Part shown: positions 42,433-52,148 of the stretch, in pieces
Position numbering within the stretch: position 1 is the first letter of the stretch
How the letters are laid out: the number at the start of each line of letters is the position of its first letter
NCBI GenBank assembly: GCA_964469905.1
Contig: CAYXZW010000012.1
Span: 2,060-66,059 of the forward strand
Direction: 5' to 3'
Length of the DNA: 64,000 bases
Source: an uncultured Smithella sp.
GTDB lineage: Bacteria; Desulfobacterota; Syntrophia; Syntrophales; Smithellaceae
Notes under the pieces: model-generated
Database searches by the model: none
Told to the model about the DNA's origin: nothing
The model's input: the letters and a program-made list of their open reading frames with translations, nothing else
Program-made: the position numbers and the translations under genes

Positions 42433-44181
42433 TTACGCTGCTGATGGTGCGGTTTTCCTTAATTCCAGCCATTTTTTGAATGACATCAAAATTACGCCGA
42501 TAGCCAGAATTATCAGCAATATGGCAAAGCCCGCGAGTACATAGTTTTGCTTGGGCAGATATTTATCAATCAGCAAAACAGCCAGTGAATATATCGTTGT
42601 AGCCATCATGAAGAGCGCCGGGATTACCGTAAACCATGCATTCTTGCCTCTCTTCACCAGCCAGACGGAAACTGCCACCAGCGCCAGCGATGCCAGTAGT
42701 TGATTGGCGGAACCGAAAGCCGGCCAGATGACTAAGAAAGCATTTTTGTATGCCAGCAGATACATCAGGATAACACACAGCAGAGCATTAAAGAGATATG
42801 ATTTCATGAATTGCGGAACATTTTTGAACATCGCTGCCCAGAGTTCTTCAAACAGGTATCTGTTCAGCCGGACTGCCGTATCGAGGGTGGTAATAACAAA
42901 ACCTTCCACCAGCAGGATGCCGAAAATGGTCCCATAAACAGGCGGTATTCCCAAACCCATATTCAGCAATCCGCCGGCACCGGCGGCAAATGCCAGAATG
43001 GGATTAGATTTAGCTCCGGCAATGGTCGGAAATACGATATTTGAATAATCCGCAAACGCAAGACCACAACCCACGGCAACCAAGACACCAATGGCCAGCA
43101 GACCTTCCAAAACCATACCGCCATAACCGACTTTCTTTATATCCGATTCTTTGGAAATCTGTTTGGAGGATGTGCCACCGGAAACAAGACAATGGAAACC
43201 GGAAATAGCGCCGCAGGCCACAGTAATAAATAAAAACGGCCAGATCGGGCCCAGCTTGCTCGTTCCCTGAGCCACATTGAAAGCCGGGGCATTAAAGGTA
43301 ACGCCTTTTATACCGGCGACAATACCGGCAATAAACAAGGCAGCAACACCGCTGTATAGTAAAAAAGAATTGGTAAAATCACGCGGCTGCAAAATTATCC
43401 AAACAGGGATTCCAGCCGCGAGTAATGTATAAAAAGAAAGGATAATCATCCAGGTATTTGTATCGAATGTAACCGGATAATTCATGCCGACAATAATGGA
43501 GAATATACAAACCAGTATAGCCAGACCGGAGGCTACATAAACGTTAATGCCTTTTTTATAAACAAGATAGCCGATAATTGGTGCAAAAGAAGTTATGACA
43601 ATAACCGATGTGGAGGCAATGCCGCCGATCTGCGCCTGGGCAACTCCATTAACCATAACTGTCTTCACTATAGTTTGTGAAGGATCCAGCTTTAATACTT
43701 CCAGTGACAACAAAGAAGTTAAAGCAGTCGCTGTCAGTCCCAAAAAGGCCGAGGTAACCAACAGGAGCATCAGAATTGTAAAGCTGATAAATAAAAAGAA
43801 ACCGGTATTACCTAAAGTATCTTTAGCTATTTCCGCAACTGATTTGCCCTTTTCCCGGACACTGGCAAAAAGAGACGTCATGTCATGCACGGCGCCGATA
43901 AAAATGCTGCCTAACACCGCCCACAGCCAAACGGGGATGAAACCAAACATGAGAGCGACGGTAGGTCCAATAATCGGCCCGCCGCCGGCAATCGAGGCAA
44001 AATGATGACCGAATAAAACAATCGGTTTGGTCGGAACGTAATCGCAATCATCCTTCATGGAACACGCCGGCGTTGGATTATTATCATTTTCGCCGAATAA
44101 TTTCGCAATGTATCGTCCGTAAAAACGATAGGCTAAGAAAAATAATACTGCTGCAATTATTATAAGTACTGCTGCGTTCAT
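42433..44181 (-). CDS. cstA: Carbon starvation protein A (peptide/pyruvate transporter family)
   Basis: 582 aa, polytopic. LFGHHFASIAGGGPIIGP and CGAISGFH blocks are typical of CstA. AAGGAGG lies 6 nt upstream of the ATG. Confidence 0.93.
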   Translation of the reverse strand: MNAAVLIIIAAVLFFLAYRFYGRYIAKLFGENDNNPTPACSMKDDCDYVPTKPIVLFGHHFASIAGGGPIIGPTVALMFGFIPVWLWAVLGSIFIGAVHDMTSLFASVREKGKSVAEIAKDTLGNTGFFLFISFTILMLLLVTSAFLGLTATALTSLLSLEVLKLDPSQTIVKTVMVNGVAQAQIGGIASTSVIVITSFAPIIGYLVYKKGINVYVASGLAILVCIFSIIVGMNYPVTFDTNTWMIILSFYTLLAAGIPVWIILQPRDFTNSFLLYSGVAALFIAGIVAGIKGVTFNAPAFNVAQGTSKLGPIWPFLFITVACGAISGFHCLVSGGTSSKQISKESDIKKVGYGGMVLEGLLAIGVLVAVGCGLAFADYSNIVFPTIAGAKSNPILAFAAGAGGLLNMGLGIPPVYGTIFGILLVEGFVITTLDTAVRLNRYLFEELWAAMFKNVPQFMKSYLFNALLCVILMYLLAYKNAFLVIWPAFGSANQLLASLALVAVSVWLVKRGKNAWFTVIPALFMMATTIYSLAVLLIDKYLPKQNYVLAGFAILLIILAIGVILMSFKKWLELRKTAPSAA

Positions 44182-44942
44182 AACTATCCTCCTTTATAAT
44201 TTGATAATAAGTTATTAAACAAATTATTTTCTTCAGGACTTCTGCTTTCTTCACCTCCTTAATTATTTTTTGAGAACATGTAAATATCTATCTTCGGATA
44301 GACCTGTAACTATATTATGTCCTATCTTCATCCGGCAGGTGAAGTAGAGGTATCCTCTGCCTTCAAGACGAATTTTATAGCGAAAAAACGGATGATTACT
44401 ACTGTCTCCTTTCCAAATTATAAAATGGCATATTCTGTTTCCGTCCCCGGCATATCGAGTACAGAGGATAAACATAGCCTAGTCAGGCAGCCTATAAATT
44501 GTTAACCGCATAATATGCTTCATATTCTCTGATGTCAAATATTATTAATAACCACCTGCCGATCATGTTTCGTCTGTATCGTCTTCGGCTGTTTCTTCCA
44601 TTACATATTTACTAAAAGAGCTACTAGATTAGTGAGAATTAAAAAGTCCTCTTTGGATGTCAATACTTGTTATGCAAGAGCGAAAGGAATAAGAAGGCGA
44701 TGTAAACAGCGCTGCAGGAAAAGAGACAGGAATTAATGTTTTGTTGATTAACAAATTGTAAATCAAACAAATGGTGTAAGAGTCGCGGTGAAAAAACCGG
44801 TTAAGACAGTATTTTGAAATGCAGTCATAATGGTTGTGAATAACCTTGCGGAAATTTCATCGCGAAGCGATTAATTCAGCCATGACTAAATTCTGATGTC
44901 AGAGCGCACTTAGTGGATTCGAGAACATAACGTTGTGCTCAC

Positions 44943-44983
44943 AAAAAAGGCAGTCATCTATTGCGAGGTAATGGATGACTGCC
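44943..44983 (-). terminator. Rho-independent terminator (minus strand) after the DUF59-like gene
   Basis: 10-bp perfect stem GGCAGTCATC (44949-44958) / GATGACTGCC (44974-44983). On the minus strand it is followed by TTTTTT (plus-strand A run 44943-44948). Confidence 0.85.
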
Positions 44984-45100
44984 CTGTGATCGCGCCGGCT
45001 AAATACCTGTCGTGCTGTCCGGCAAAAACACACTGGACATCGATGAAGGTTTCTCCGACGGGAGAAAGTCAGTCTAGTTATTTGTTTTTGGTTTTTACTT

Positions 45101-45376
45101 TCAGACGAACTCGATGGTTAGTCTGGGAAATTCTTTCTTTAATTCGGCTGTCAGATTCCGCATTATGGTCGAAGCTATGATGTTGTTGGCAAGGGCCGCA
45201 CAGGTCATGCATTTCGGCATGTGGCTGTATAAATCTGTAAAGATATAGAGCGCTTTTTCTTCTTCATTGTAGAGAAGTTTTTTTACAACACCGAGTTTGG
45301 CAATCGAGAAATTGCTTTCGGGGTCTCTGACTCTTTCGAGCACAGAATCGATTATTTTTTCCATTTCCGGTGTCAT
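45101..45376 (-). CDS. Small DUF59/MIP18-like protein (putative Fe-S assembly-related)
   Basis: 91 aa. I..VLERVRDPESNFSIAKLGVV then ...MPKCMTC... follows the DUF59 pattern (V.DPE...I..LG.V ... CP). The SD is weak. Confidence 0.55.
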   Translation of the reverse strand: MTPEMEKIIDSVLERVRDPESNFSIAKLGVVKKLLYNEEEKALYIFTDLYSHMPKCMTCAALANNIIASTIMRNLTAELKKEFPRLTIEFV

Positions 45377-45513
45377 ATCTTTTTTTCGCGCTCATCTTTG
45401 TAGTTTTTATAATATTGAATTATTTAATGAAAATGTTTAGTATGCTGACAAAAAATAATAGAATTAATCTTATATGTCAACATCATTTCACAGAATATAA
45501 GGAGGATTGACCC

Positions 45514-46281
45514 ATGAGACAATATTTATTGACGCCGGCTGCCGGTAAACGGTTGATTGGTAAAGCCCTTGCTCGACATCCCGTCATCATCGATTCGCTG
45601 AAAGGCGGGACCATAGTAATTATTGCCGGAACAACCAATGGTTATGTAGCCGAGGAAATACTCACATCACTGGGCCAGGCTGATGATTTCCGCCGCGAAC
45701 GGTTTTTTCGCGGGGTTGTTTTGCCGCCGGCGCGTCCAACAGCCCCCTCCGGCAGGCTGCCCGATGAAAGCGGCTTCCCGGGCGACGTTGTAATTAAAGA
45801 CGGAGTCTGGCAAAAAGGGAAAACGATTTTTGATGTAGTTGCCGACCTTAAAGAAGGCGATGTAATTCTAAAAGGTGCGAATGCCGTCGATCTTCTTGCC
45901 AGAAGGGCTGCTATTTTAATCGCCCATCCTCAGGCAGGAACCATTGGTGTCTCCCTGCCGGCACATTTCGGCCGGCGTGTGCGCCTGATCTTTCCAGTCG
46001 GTCTGGAAAAACGTATTTTCGGCAATCTGGATGAAGTCGCAGCAAAAATAAATGAACCGGGCACACATGGCCCGAGGTTGCTGCCCGTACCCGGAGAAAT
46101 ATTTACCGAACTGGATGCCATCACTCTGCTTATCGGCGCCGAAGCTCAGCTGGTGGCGGCGGGAGGTGTCGGCGGTGCGGAAGGAAGCGTCTGGCTGGCT
46201 GTCAGTGGAGAAGCGTTACAGGAAGACAGAGCGAATACATTGCTGGAGAGCATTAAGGGGGAACCGGCGTTTGTGCTTTAA
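45514..46281 (+). CDS. Hypothetical 255-aa protein (no family recognised)
   Basis: Strong AAGGAGG 8 nt upstream. The ORF is visibly G+C-richer than its surroundings, and the protein has no cysteines. I recognise no motif. Confidence 0.7.
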   Translation: MRQYLLTPAAGKRLIGKALARHPVIIDSLKGGTIVIIAGTTNGYVAEEILTSLGQADDFRRERFFRGVVLPPARPTAPSGRLPDESGFPGDVVIKDGVWQKGKTIFDVVADLKEGDVILKGANAVDLLARRAAILIAHPQAGTIGVSLPAHFGRRVRLIFPVGLEKRIFGNLDEVAAKINEPGTHGPRLLPVPGEIFTELDAITLLIGAEAQLVAAGGVGGAEGSVWLAVSGEALQEDRANTLLESIKGEPAFVL

Positions 46282-46384
46282 ATAATTTAATACTCCGGGA
46301 AAAAATGAGGCTTGCCTGAATGTTTTGCCGGACATATTGTGAATAACAGAACGCAGCTTTGTGAAATAAGGAATGGTGATCAGG

Positions 46385-47335
46385 ATGAAAAAGCCGATTA
46401 AAATAGTATTTCTGGATACCGTAACAATTGGGGAAGTGGATAATCTCCCGGCTATTCAAAAGCAAGGAGAGTATACCGGCTATGCGTCGACATTGGCACA
46501 GGAGTGCATTGAGCGCATAAAAGGGCACAATGTGGTTCTCACTAACAAAGTGGTCATTGATCGCACAGTGATGGATGAATGCCCGGAAATAGAACTGATA
46601 TGTGTGGTCGCCACCGGCATGAATAATATCGATCTGGAATATGCCGCCAAAAAAGGAATTACAGTAAAAAATGTCGCCGGATATTCTACCGAATCGGTAA
46701 CCCAATGCACTTTTTCTCTGCTTTTTTATTTATTACAGAGCAGTGCCTACTATGATAACTACGTCAAATCGGGCGCATACGCCAGAAGCCCGGTGTTCAA
46801 TCACCTGGATCGTGAATTCTGGGAATTAAAAAACAAACTCTTCGGGATTATCGGGATGGGAACCATTGGCAAAAGGGTTGCCCAGGTCGCCGAAGTTTTT
46901 GGCGCACGCGTGGCCTATTATTCGACATCGGGAAAAAATCGGGAAGGGGCAGGATATGCGCACCTGCCGCTCGAAGAGTTGCTGAGTACTTCGGACGTGG
47001 TATCCATACACTGTCCGCTGAACAACGATACACGTAATTTGATCAACGAGGCCCGGCTTCAACTGATGAAACCATCAGCATATCTACTTAATATGGGACG
47101 GGGAGGTATTGTGGATGAACAGGCCCTGGCGCGGGCAATCGATGAAAACAGGATTGCTGGAGCCGCACTGGATGTGCTTACTGCCGAGCCGATTTCCGAA
47201 AACAATCCCCTTTTGGCGGTTCGCAATACCCATAAGCTTTTCATTACACCCCACATTGCCTGGGCCAGCAGGGAAGCCCGCCAGTTGCTGATGGAAAGAA
47301 CTGCTGAAAATATCCGCAATCATTTTGCGAAGTAA
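46385..47335 (+). CDS. D-isomer-specific 2-hydroxyacid dehydrogenase (glycerate/hydroxypyruvate reductase-like)
   Basis: NAD-binding GIIGMGTIGKRVA, catalytic-region MGRGGIVDE and TPHIAWAS. The start is either ATG 46385 (MKKPIKIVFLD) or ATG 46373. Confidence 0.88.
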   Translation: MKKPIKIVFLDTVTIGEVDNLPAIQKQGEYTGYASTLAQECIERIKGHNVVLTNKVVIDRTVMDECPEIELICVVATGMNNIDLEYAAKKGITVKNVAGYSTESVTQCTFSLLFYLLQSSAYYDNYVKSGAYARSPVFNHLDREFWELKNKLFGIIGMGTIGKRVAQVAEVFGARVAYYSTSGKNREGAGYAHLPLEELLSTSDVVSIHCPLNNDTRNLINEARLQLMKPSAYLLNMGRGGIVDEQALARAIDENRIAGAALDVLTAEPISENNPLLAVRNTHKLFITPHIAWASREARQLLMERTAENIRNHFAK

Positions 47336-47590
47336 AAACCTCTTCTTTAGCATCAGTATACAAAGAAAGGTAAAAATACATGAACGTCGTCGTCTTATGA
47401 GGGGAAGCACGGACTACATAGTTTCGAATTTATCCATCACTCCGCACAACTAATTTAACTGAGCGATTAAGCTTTTAAAGGCAACTCTTCTCGTTTTTGT
47501 GCATCGTCTTCGTATTGCAGTTTTGCCAATATTAGTGTAAATTCGCCCTCAATTTCGTTGCTGGGTTAATGACAGAAGAGAAAGACAATA

Positions 47591-48622
47591 ATGATTCACG
47601 GTTATTTTCAGATAATAAAAATATTATTATTTTCAGCGGGCGTTTTAATTATTACCGCTTGCAGTTCGGTAGCGCAGCTTCCGGAAGACAAATGTATTGC
47701 TTATCGGGCGGCTTTCGATGTTGGATCAACAACGACAAAAATGAAGGTCGCCCGAGTAAATAAATGCCTCCAAAAAAATGAGGCGGTTATTTATAAAAAT
47801 GAGATAAAGGTTCCCTATGCGGAAAATAAGCATTCAGGTGTTTTTAGTCCTCAAATACGCAACACGGGCATTATTGCTCTTCAAAGATTAAAAGAAGAAG
47901 CCATTTACAACAAGGCCGAAGCATTTTCCGGAGTGGCGACAGAGTCTTTCCGGCACTCAGGCAATACATTGGAGTTCCTAGGTGAAATCAAAGAAAAAAC
48001 AGGAATATCAATAAAGCTCATCGATCAGGATCAGGAGGCAATTTTAGGCTATCTGGCGGCCAGCTCTTTCTTTCCCGACAGAGCCAGGAATCTTATTGTT
48101 TGGGATATCGGCGGCGGTTCCATGCAAATGATCTTACGCGATGAGAATAAAGAGTTCACCATTTATCGCGGGAAAATGGCTTCCGTTTCTTTTAAAGAAA
48201 AGATACTGATGCAAATATTGCAGCGAAAACTGGGAAAACATTCCTCTCCCAATCCCATCGGAAAAGAGAATTTAAAAACGGCAATTGAGATGGCCGCCAT
48301 GGCTGCCGGAGATATCCCGCAAAGTATAAAAAAAGCTATGAGAGAGCCGGATGCCGTAATTTTGGGTATCGGCGGTGTGCATAACGAAAGTATAAAAAAG
48401 CAGTTAAAGTCCAATGCCCTCTACACTCAGGAAGAATTGATTAATGCACTGAACGCGAGGATAGGATTAGGCGATAAAGATATTGGTGGACCTTATGCGG
48501 ATACGGAAATTTCCAACATGATTTTAGTTTTAGGTTTTATGGAAAAATTGGGGATAAAAGATGTCATTCCGGTTAATGTGAATTTAGCTGATGGCGTGCT
48601 GATAGAACCGGTTTTCTGGTAA
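47591..48622 (+). CDS. Ppx/GppA-family (ASKHA-fold) phosphatase with lipoprotein signal peptide
   Basis: AFDVGSTTTK (phosphate-1), VWDIGGGSMQ (phosphate-2), GIGGV. The N-terminus MIHGYFQIIKILLFSAGVLIITAC has a lipobox-like ITAC. Confidence 0.8.
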   Translation: MIHGYFQIIKILLFSAGVLIITACSSVAQLPEDKCIAYRAAFDVGSTTTKMKVARVNKCLQKNEAVIYKNEIKVPYAENKHSGVFSPQIRNTGIIALQRLKEEAIYNKAEAFSGVATESFRHSGNTLEFLGEIKEKTGISIKLIDQDQEAILGYLAASSFFPDRARNLIVWDIGGGSMQMILRDENKEFTIYRGKMASVSFKEKILMQILQRKLGKHSSPNPIGKENLKTAIEMAAMAAGDIPQSIKKAMREPDAVILGIGGVHNESIKKQLKSNALYTQEELINALNARIGLGDKDIGGPYADTEISNMILVLGFMEKLGIKDVIPVNVNLADGVLIEPVFW

Positions 48623-48758
48623 ATCAATGACACTCGCCGAAAATGAGCGTAGCGAAAGTTGAAGCGTTAGTGGAATTGATCCCGGAAGCGAAGCACGCAG
48701 ATGCGGGGCGAAGCTATCCGGGATCTCTCAATATTTTATTTAGGAGGGTATTTTTTTT

Positions 48759-49298
48759 ATGGCAGAAGAACCAAAGGAACAATGGCTTAATTATCTGGCG
48801 CTGACAACCGTTATTCTGGCCGTCTGTGCGACGCTTTCGACTTTTAAAGGTGCCGGTTACTCCACGCGTTCGGTCTTGTCTCAGACACAGGCGGCTAATC
48901 AGTGGGCTTACTACCAGTCCAAGAGCATCAAGGGATATTTATATGAAAACCAGAAAGAATCAATGGAACTGGAACTTAAAAATAATAAAGGTAAATTTCC
49001 CAAAGCATTGCAGGATGAATATGAAGGGAAAATTGCTGCCTATAATCAAAAATTAAAACGCTACGAGGAAGAAAAGGCTGTGATTTCCAAAGAAGCAAAG
49101 AGCCTCGAAGCCATTCGGGATGATGCGCAAAAACATTCTCAGGCTTTCGGTCTGGCCGTAATATTTTTACAAATTGCCATATTACTGTCTTCCATTGCTG
49201 CGTTGTTGAAGAAAAAATCTGTATGGATTCTGGGTGTGAGTACCGGAGCTGTAGGAATAGTTTATTTTGCTAATGGGTTTTTATTATTCATTCCATGA
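48759..49298 (+). CDS. DUF4337-like membrane protein
   Basis: The N-terminal TM segment, then QAANQWAYYQSKSIKG, a long coiled segment and two C-terminal TM helices match my recollection of DUF4337. AGGAGGG SD upstream. Confidence 0.65.
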   Translation: MAEEPKEQWLNYLALTTVILAVCATLSTFKGAGYSTRSVLSQTQAANQWAYYQSKSIKGYLYENQKESMELELKNNKGKFPKALQDEYEGKIAAYNQKLKRYEEEKAVISKEAKSLEAIRDDAQKHSQAFGLAVIFLQIAILLSSIAALLKKKSVWILGVSTGAVGIVYFANGFLLFIP

Positions 49299-49307
49299 GG
49301 AAATTAA

Positions 49308-49346
49308 ATTTGGGTATTGGACGATACATTCGCCCAATACCCAAAT
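49308..49346. terminator. Strong hairpin between convergent genes (no clear U tract)
   Basis: 13-bp perfect stem ATTTGGGTATTGG (49308-49320) / CCAATACCCAAAT (49334-49346), 13-nt loop. Confidence 0.5.
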
Positions 49347-49381
49347 ACACATACGCCATTTGACGAAAAGATAAACAGATT

Positions 49382-50719
49382 TTAAATATTAAGCAGACCT
49401 TCTACTTCCCTTCGTATCAATTGCAGTCTTTCGGGAGAAGAAGCTTCAAAACGTAATACTATCACCGGTTGTGTATTGGAAGAGCGGACAAGAGCCCAGC
49501 CATCTTCAAATGGTATACGCACACCGTCAATATCGATCAGGCCGGGAGTGTTCCGGTAGTGATTCTTAATTCTATTGACAAGAGCAGCTTTTTTGTCATC
49601 CGGGCAATCGATACGAATTTCCGGTGTGGCAAAGGTTTGCGGCACATCGGCCAGAAGTGTACTGATTTTTTCTCCAGTTTGGGAAAGTATTTCCAGAAGC
49701 CGCAGGGCAGCATAAATGGCATCGTCATAGCCAAAGTAGCGATCGGCAAAAAAGATGTGTCCGCTCATTTCTCCGCCCAAAACAGCTCCTTCCTCCTTCA
49801 TCTTAGCTTTGATTAGCGAATGCCCGGCTTTCCACATAACAGGACGGCCGGAGTGTTTTTTTATATCATCATATAAAACCTGCGAACACTTTACTTCGCC
49901 GATGATTGTGGAATCGGGCTTTTCCCGGAGAATGTAACGCGAAAAGAGTAAAAGTAATTTGTCTCCCCAGATGATTTCACCTGTATCACTGATAACGCCG
50001 ATGCGATCGGCATCGCCGTCAAAGGCTATGCCTAAATCGGCTTTTTCTTCCTGAACTTTTTTAATTATGTCTGTTAAATTTTCTTCGACAGTAGGATCGG
50101 GGAAGTGATTTGGGAAGTTGCCATCCGGTTCGCAATAGATGTCAATAATTTCACAGCCAAAACGTTTCAACAGAGGAAGGGCAAAGCGTCCCCCCACTCC
50201 ATTGCCGGCGTCAACAATTACTTTCAGTTTTTTATTAATGGAAACATTTTCGAAAAGATAGTTTTCGTATTCTTTTGATATGTCCTGAATTCGGGTAATA
50301 CCGTGTCCTGTTGAATAGTTGCTTTTTTCGATGATTTTTCTCAAATCCTGAATTTTGTCGCCGTAAATTGTGTCATTACCAATGCATATTTTAAAACCAT
50401 TAAACTCCGGTGGATTATGGCTGCCCGTGACCATCACGCCGCCGTCTGTTTTCAGATGACGGATAGAAAAATAGAGCATCGGAGTGGCACAAAGTCCAAT
50501 ATCTATTGTCTCAATCCCGCAGGAATTAAGACCTTTAATCAAGAAATTGTGATAGGCATCAGAGCTTAATCGGCAATCCCGGCCGATTGACATGATTTTA
50601 ACATTATGAAGATTAGCATATGTGCCAATGGCACGACCTAAGTCAAAAACAAATTCCTCTTTTAAATCCTCGTTGACGACGCCTCGAACATCATATTCTC
50701 TAAAGACATTGGGGTTCAT
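49382..50719 (-). CDS. Phosphomannomutase/phosphoglucomutase
   Basis: Active-site TGSHNPPEFNGFK, Mg site FDGDADR, sugar-binding GGEMSGH. Confidence 0.93.
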   Translation of the reverse strand: MNPNVFREYDVRGVVNEDLKEEFVFDLGRAIGTYANLHNVKIMSIGRDCRLSSDAYHNFLIKGLNSCGIETIDIGLCATPMLYFSIRHLKTDGGVMVTGSHNPPEFNGFKICIGNDTIYGDKIQDLRKIIEKSNYSTGHGITRIQDISKEYENYLFENVSINKKLKVIVDAGNGVGGRFALPLLKRFGCEIIDIYCEPDGNFPNHFPDPTVEENLTDIIKKVQEEKADLGIAFDGDADRIGVISDTGEIIWGDKLLLLFSRYILREKPDSTIIGEVKCSQVLYDDIKKHSGRPVMWKAGHSLIKAKMKEEGAVLGGEMSGHIFFADRYFGYDDAIYAALRLLEILSQTGEKISTLLADVPQTFATPEIRIDCPDDKKAALVNRIKNHYRNTPGLIDIDGVRIPFEDGWALVRSSNTQPVIVLRFEASSPERLQLIRREVEGLLNI

Positions 50720-52113
50720 TTATTCGCATTCTCCATGATTTTATTTTTGAGTTCCGGTTTGTTGAGCAGATCGGTTGTGTATGTCCCGGAGATGAAATCA
50801 TCATCTTCCAGGACTGCTTTGTGCAGCGGAATAGTCGTCTTGAGACCTGTGATGCGCAATTCTCCAAGTGCCCGCCGCATACGGGAGATGGATTCATCGC
50901 GACCTCTGCCCCACGTCATTAATTTCATCAGCAGTGAATCGTAATAAAAAGGAACCGTGTAGCCTTCGTAAATTCCTTCATCGATCCGAACAGATGGCCC
51001 CAGCGGATAACGGAGTTTTGTAATTGTGCCCGGAGATGGCAGGAAAGTGACGGGATCCTCCGCGTTGATCCGGCATTCCATGGCATGCAATTTCATTGCA
51101 ATATTGTCCTGATTAATGTCGAGCTGATTGCCGGCCGCTATCTTAATCTGTTGTTTGACGATATCGATTCCCGCTGAAATTTCTGTAATGCAATGTTCGA
51201 CTTGCAGACGTGAATTGATTTCGTTGAAATAAAATTCACGGGGGTTACCCGGTACATAGAAGAACTCGACAGTCATTGCTCCGACATAATTCAAACTCAT
51301 GGCCACGTCGATTGCCGCTGCTCCCATTTTCATCCTCAGAAAAGGTGTCAGGACGGAGCAGGGCGATTCTTCAATGAGTTTTTGAAACCGGCGCTGTATG
51401 GAACAATCTCTGTCCCCGAGATGAACTACATTTCCGAATCGATCTGCGAGTATCTGGAATTCGACGTGCTTGACTCCAGTAAGATATTTTTCGATATAGA
51501 AGTTGGAGAGACCGAATGATTTTCGTCCCCGGGATTTTGCAACCACCACTGCCCTGTCGAGTTCCTTCTGGTTTCTGGCAATCATGATACCAATTCCGCC
51601 GCCCGCGCCTGATGGCTTGACAACAACGGGATAGCCTATTTCAGCGGCGATCTCGCGCGCCTGATTGATACCCTGTTGACCGGTGTCTGTAATGGCTTCA
51701 TCGGAACCGGGGGTTACGGGAATGTTAAGCATCTTCATTAGTTGCCGTGCGCGGTTTTTCGGTTTGGCTTTGTACATGCACTGACTCGATGGGCCGATAA
51801 TGATTAGTCCACGACTTTCGGCCTTTTCGAAAAATTCGGGATTTTCCGAAAGAAATCCATATCCGGGATGAATGGCTTCGGCACCGCAGCGCTCGGCCGT
51901 ATCCAGCACTTTTTCAATGTTGAGGTAACTTTGTAGAGCTTCCGGCGGACCTATTTCATAAGCTTCATCTGCCAGATGGACATGCAGAGAATTGGCATCC
52001 ACTTCGGAATAAATGGTAGCTGTCCGTATGCCCATATCCTGGCAAGTGCGGATGATGCGAACGGCTATTTCACCACGATTGGCAATAAATACTTTCTTGA
52101 ATGTTTTGTTCAT
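50716..52113 (-). CDS. accC: Biotin carboxylase (acetyl-CoA carboxylase AccC / pyruvate carboxylase subunit A type)
   Basis: KVFIANRGEIAVRIIR, ATP-grasp GGGGIGM, EMNSR-like EINSRLQVEH. Its stop overlaps the downstream PMM gene start. Confidence 0.9.
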   Translation of the reverse strand: MNKTFKKVFIANRGEIAVRIIRTCQDMGIRTATIYSEVDANSLHVHLADEAYEIGPPEALQSYLNIEKVLDTAERCGAEAIHPGYGFLSENPEFFEKAESRGLIIIGPSSQCMYKAKPKNRARQLMKMLNIPVTPGSDEAITDTGQQGINQAREIAAEIGYPVVVKPSGAGGGIGIMIARNQKELDRAVVVAKSRGRKSFGLSNFYIEKYLTGVKHVEFQILADRFGNVVHLGDRDCSIQRRFQKLIEESPCSVLTPFLRMKMGAAAIDVAMSLNYVGAMTVEFFYVPGNPREFYFNEINSRLQVEHCITEISAGIDIVKQQIKIAAGNQLDINQDNIAMKLHAMECRINAEDPVTFLPSPGTITKLRYPLGPSVRIDEGIYEGYTVPFYYDSLLMKLMTWGRGRDESISRMRRALGELRITGLKTTIPLHKAVLEDDDFISGTYTTDLLNKPELKNKIMENANK

Positions 52114-52148
52114 AATTCCCCCCCCCGGAATTAAAATTTACTTGGACT

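Noticed and set aside
44100-44260. GTG-initiated ~56-codon minus-strand frame starting inside the second AAGGAGG and overlapping the cstA start
   Set aside because: The GTG is part of the SD-like sequence itself, so spacing is zero. The frame overlaps cstA out of frame and has no supporting features.
46494-46509. Sigma-54-like TGGCAC-N5-TGCA
   Set aside because: The GG-to-GC spacing is one nt short of the -24/-12 consensus, and the site lies inside the 2-hydroxyacid dehydrogenase coding region.
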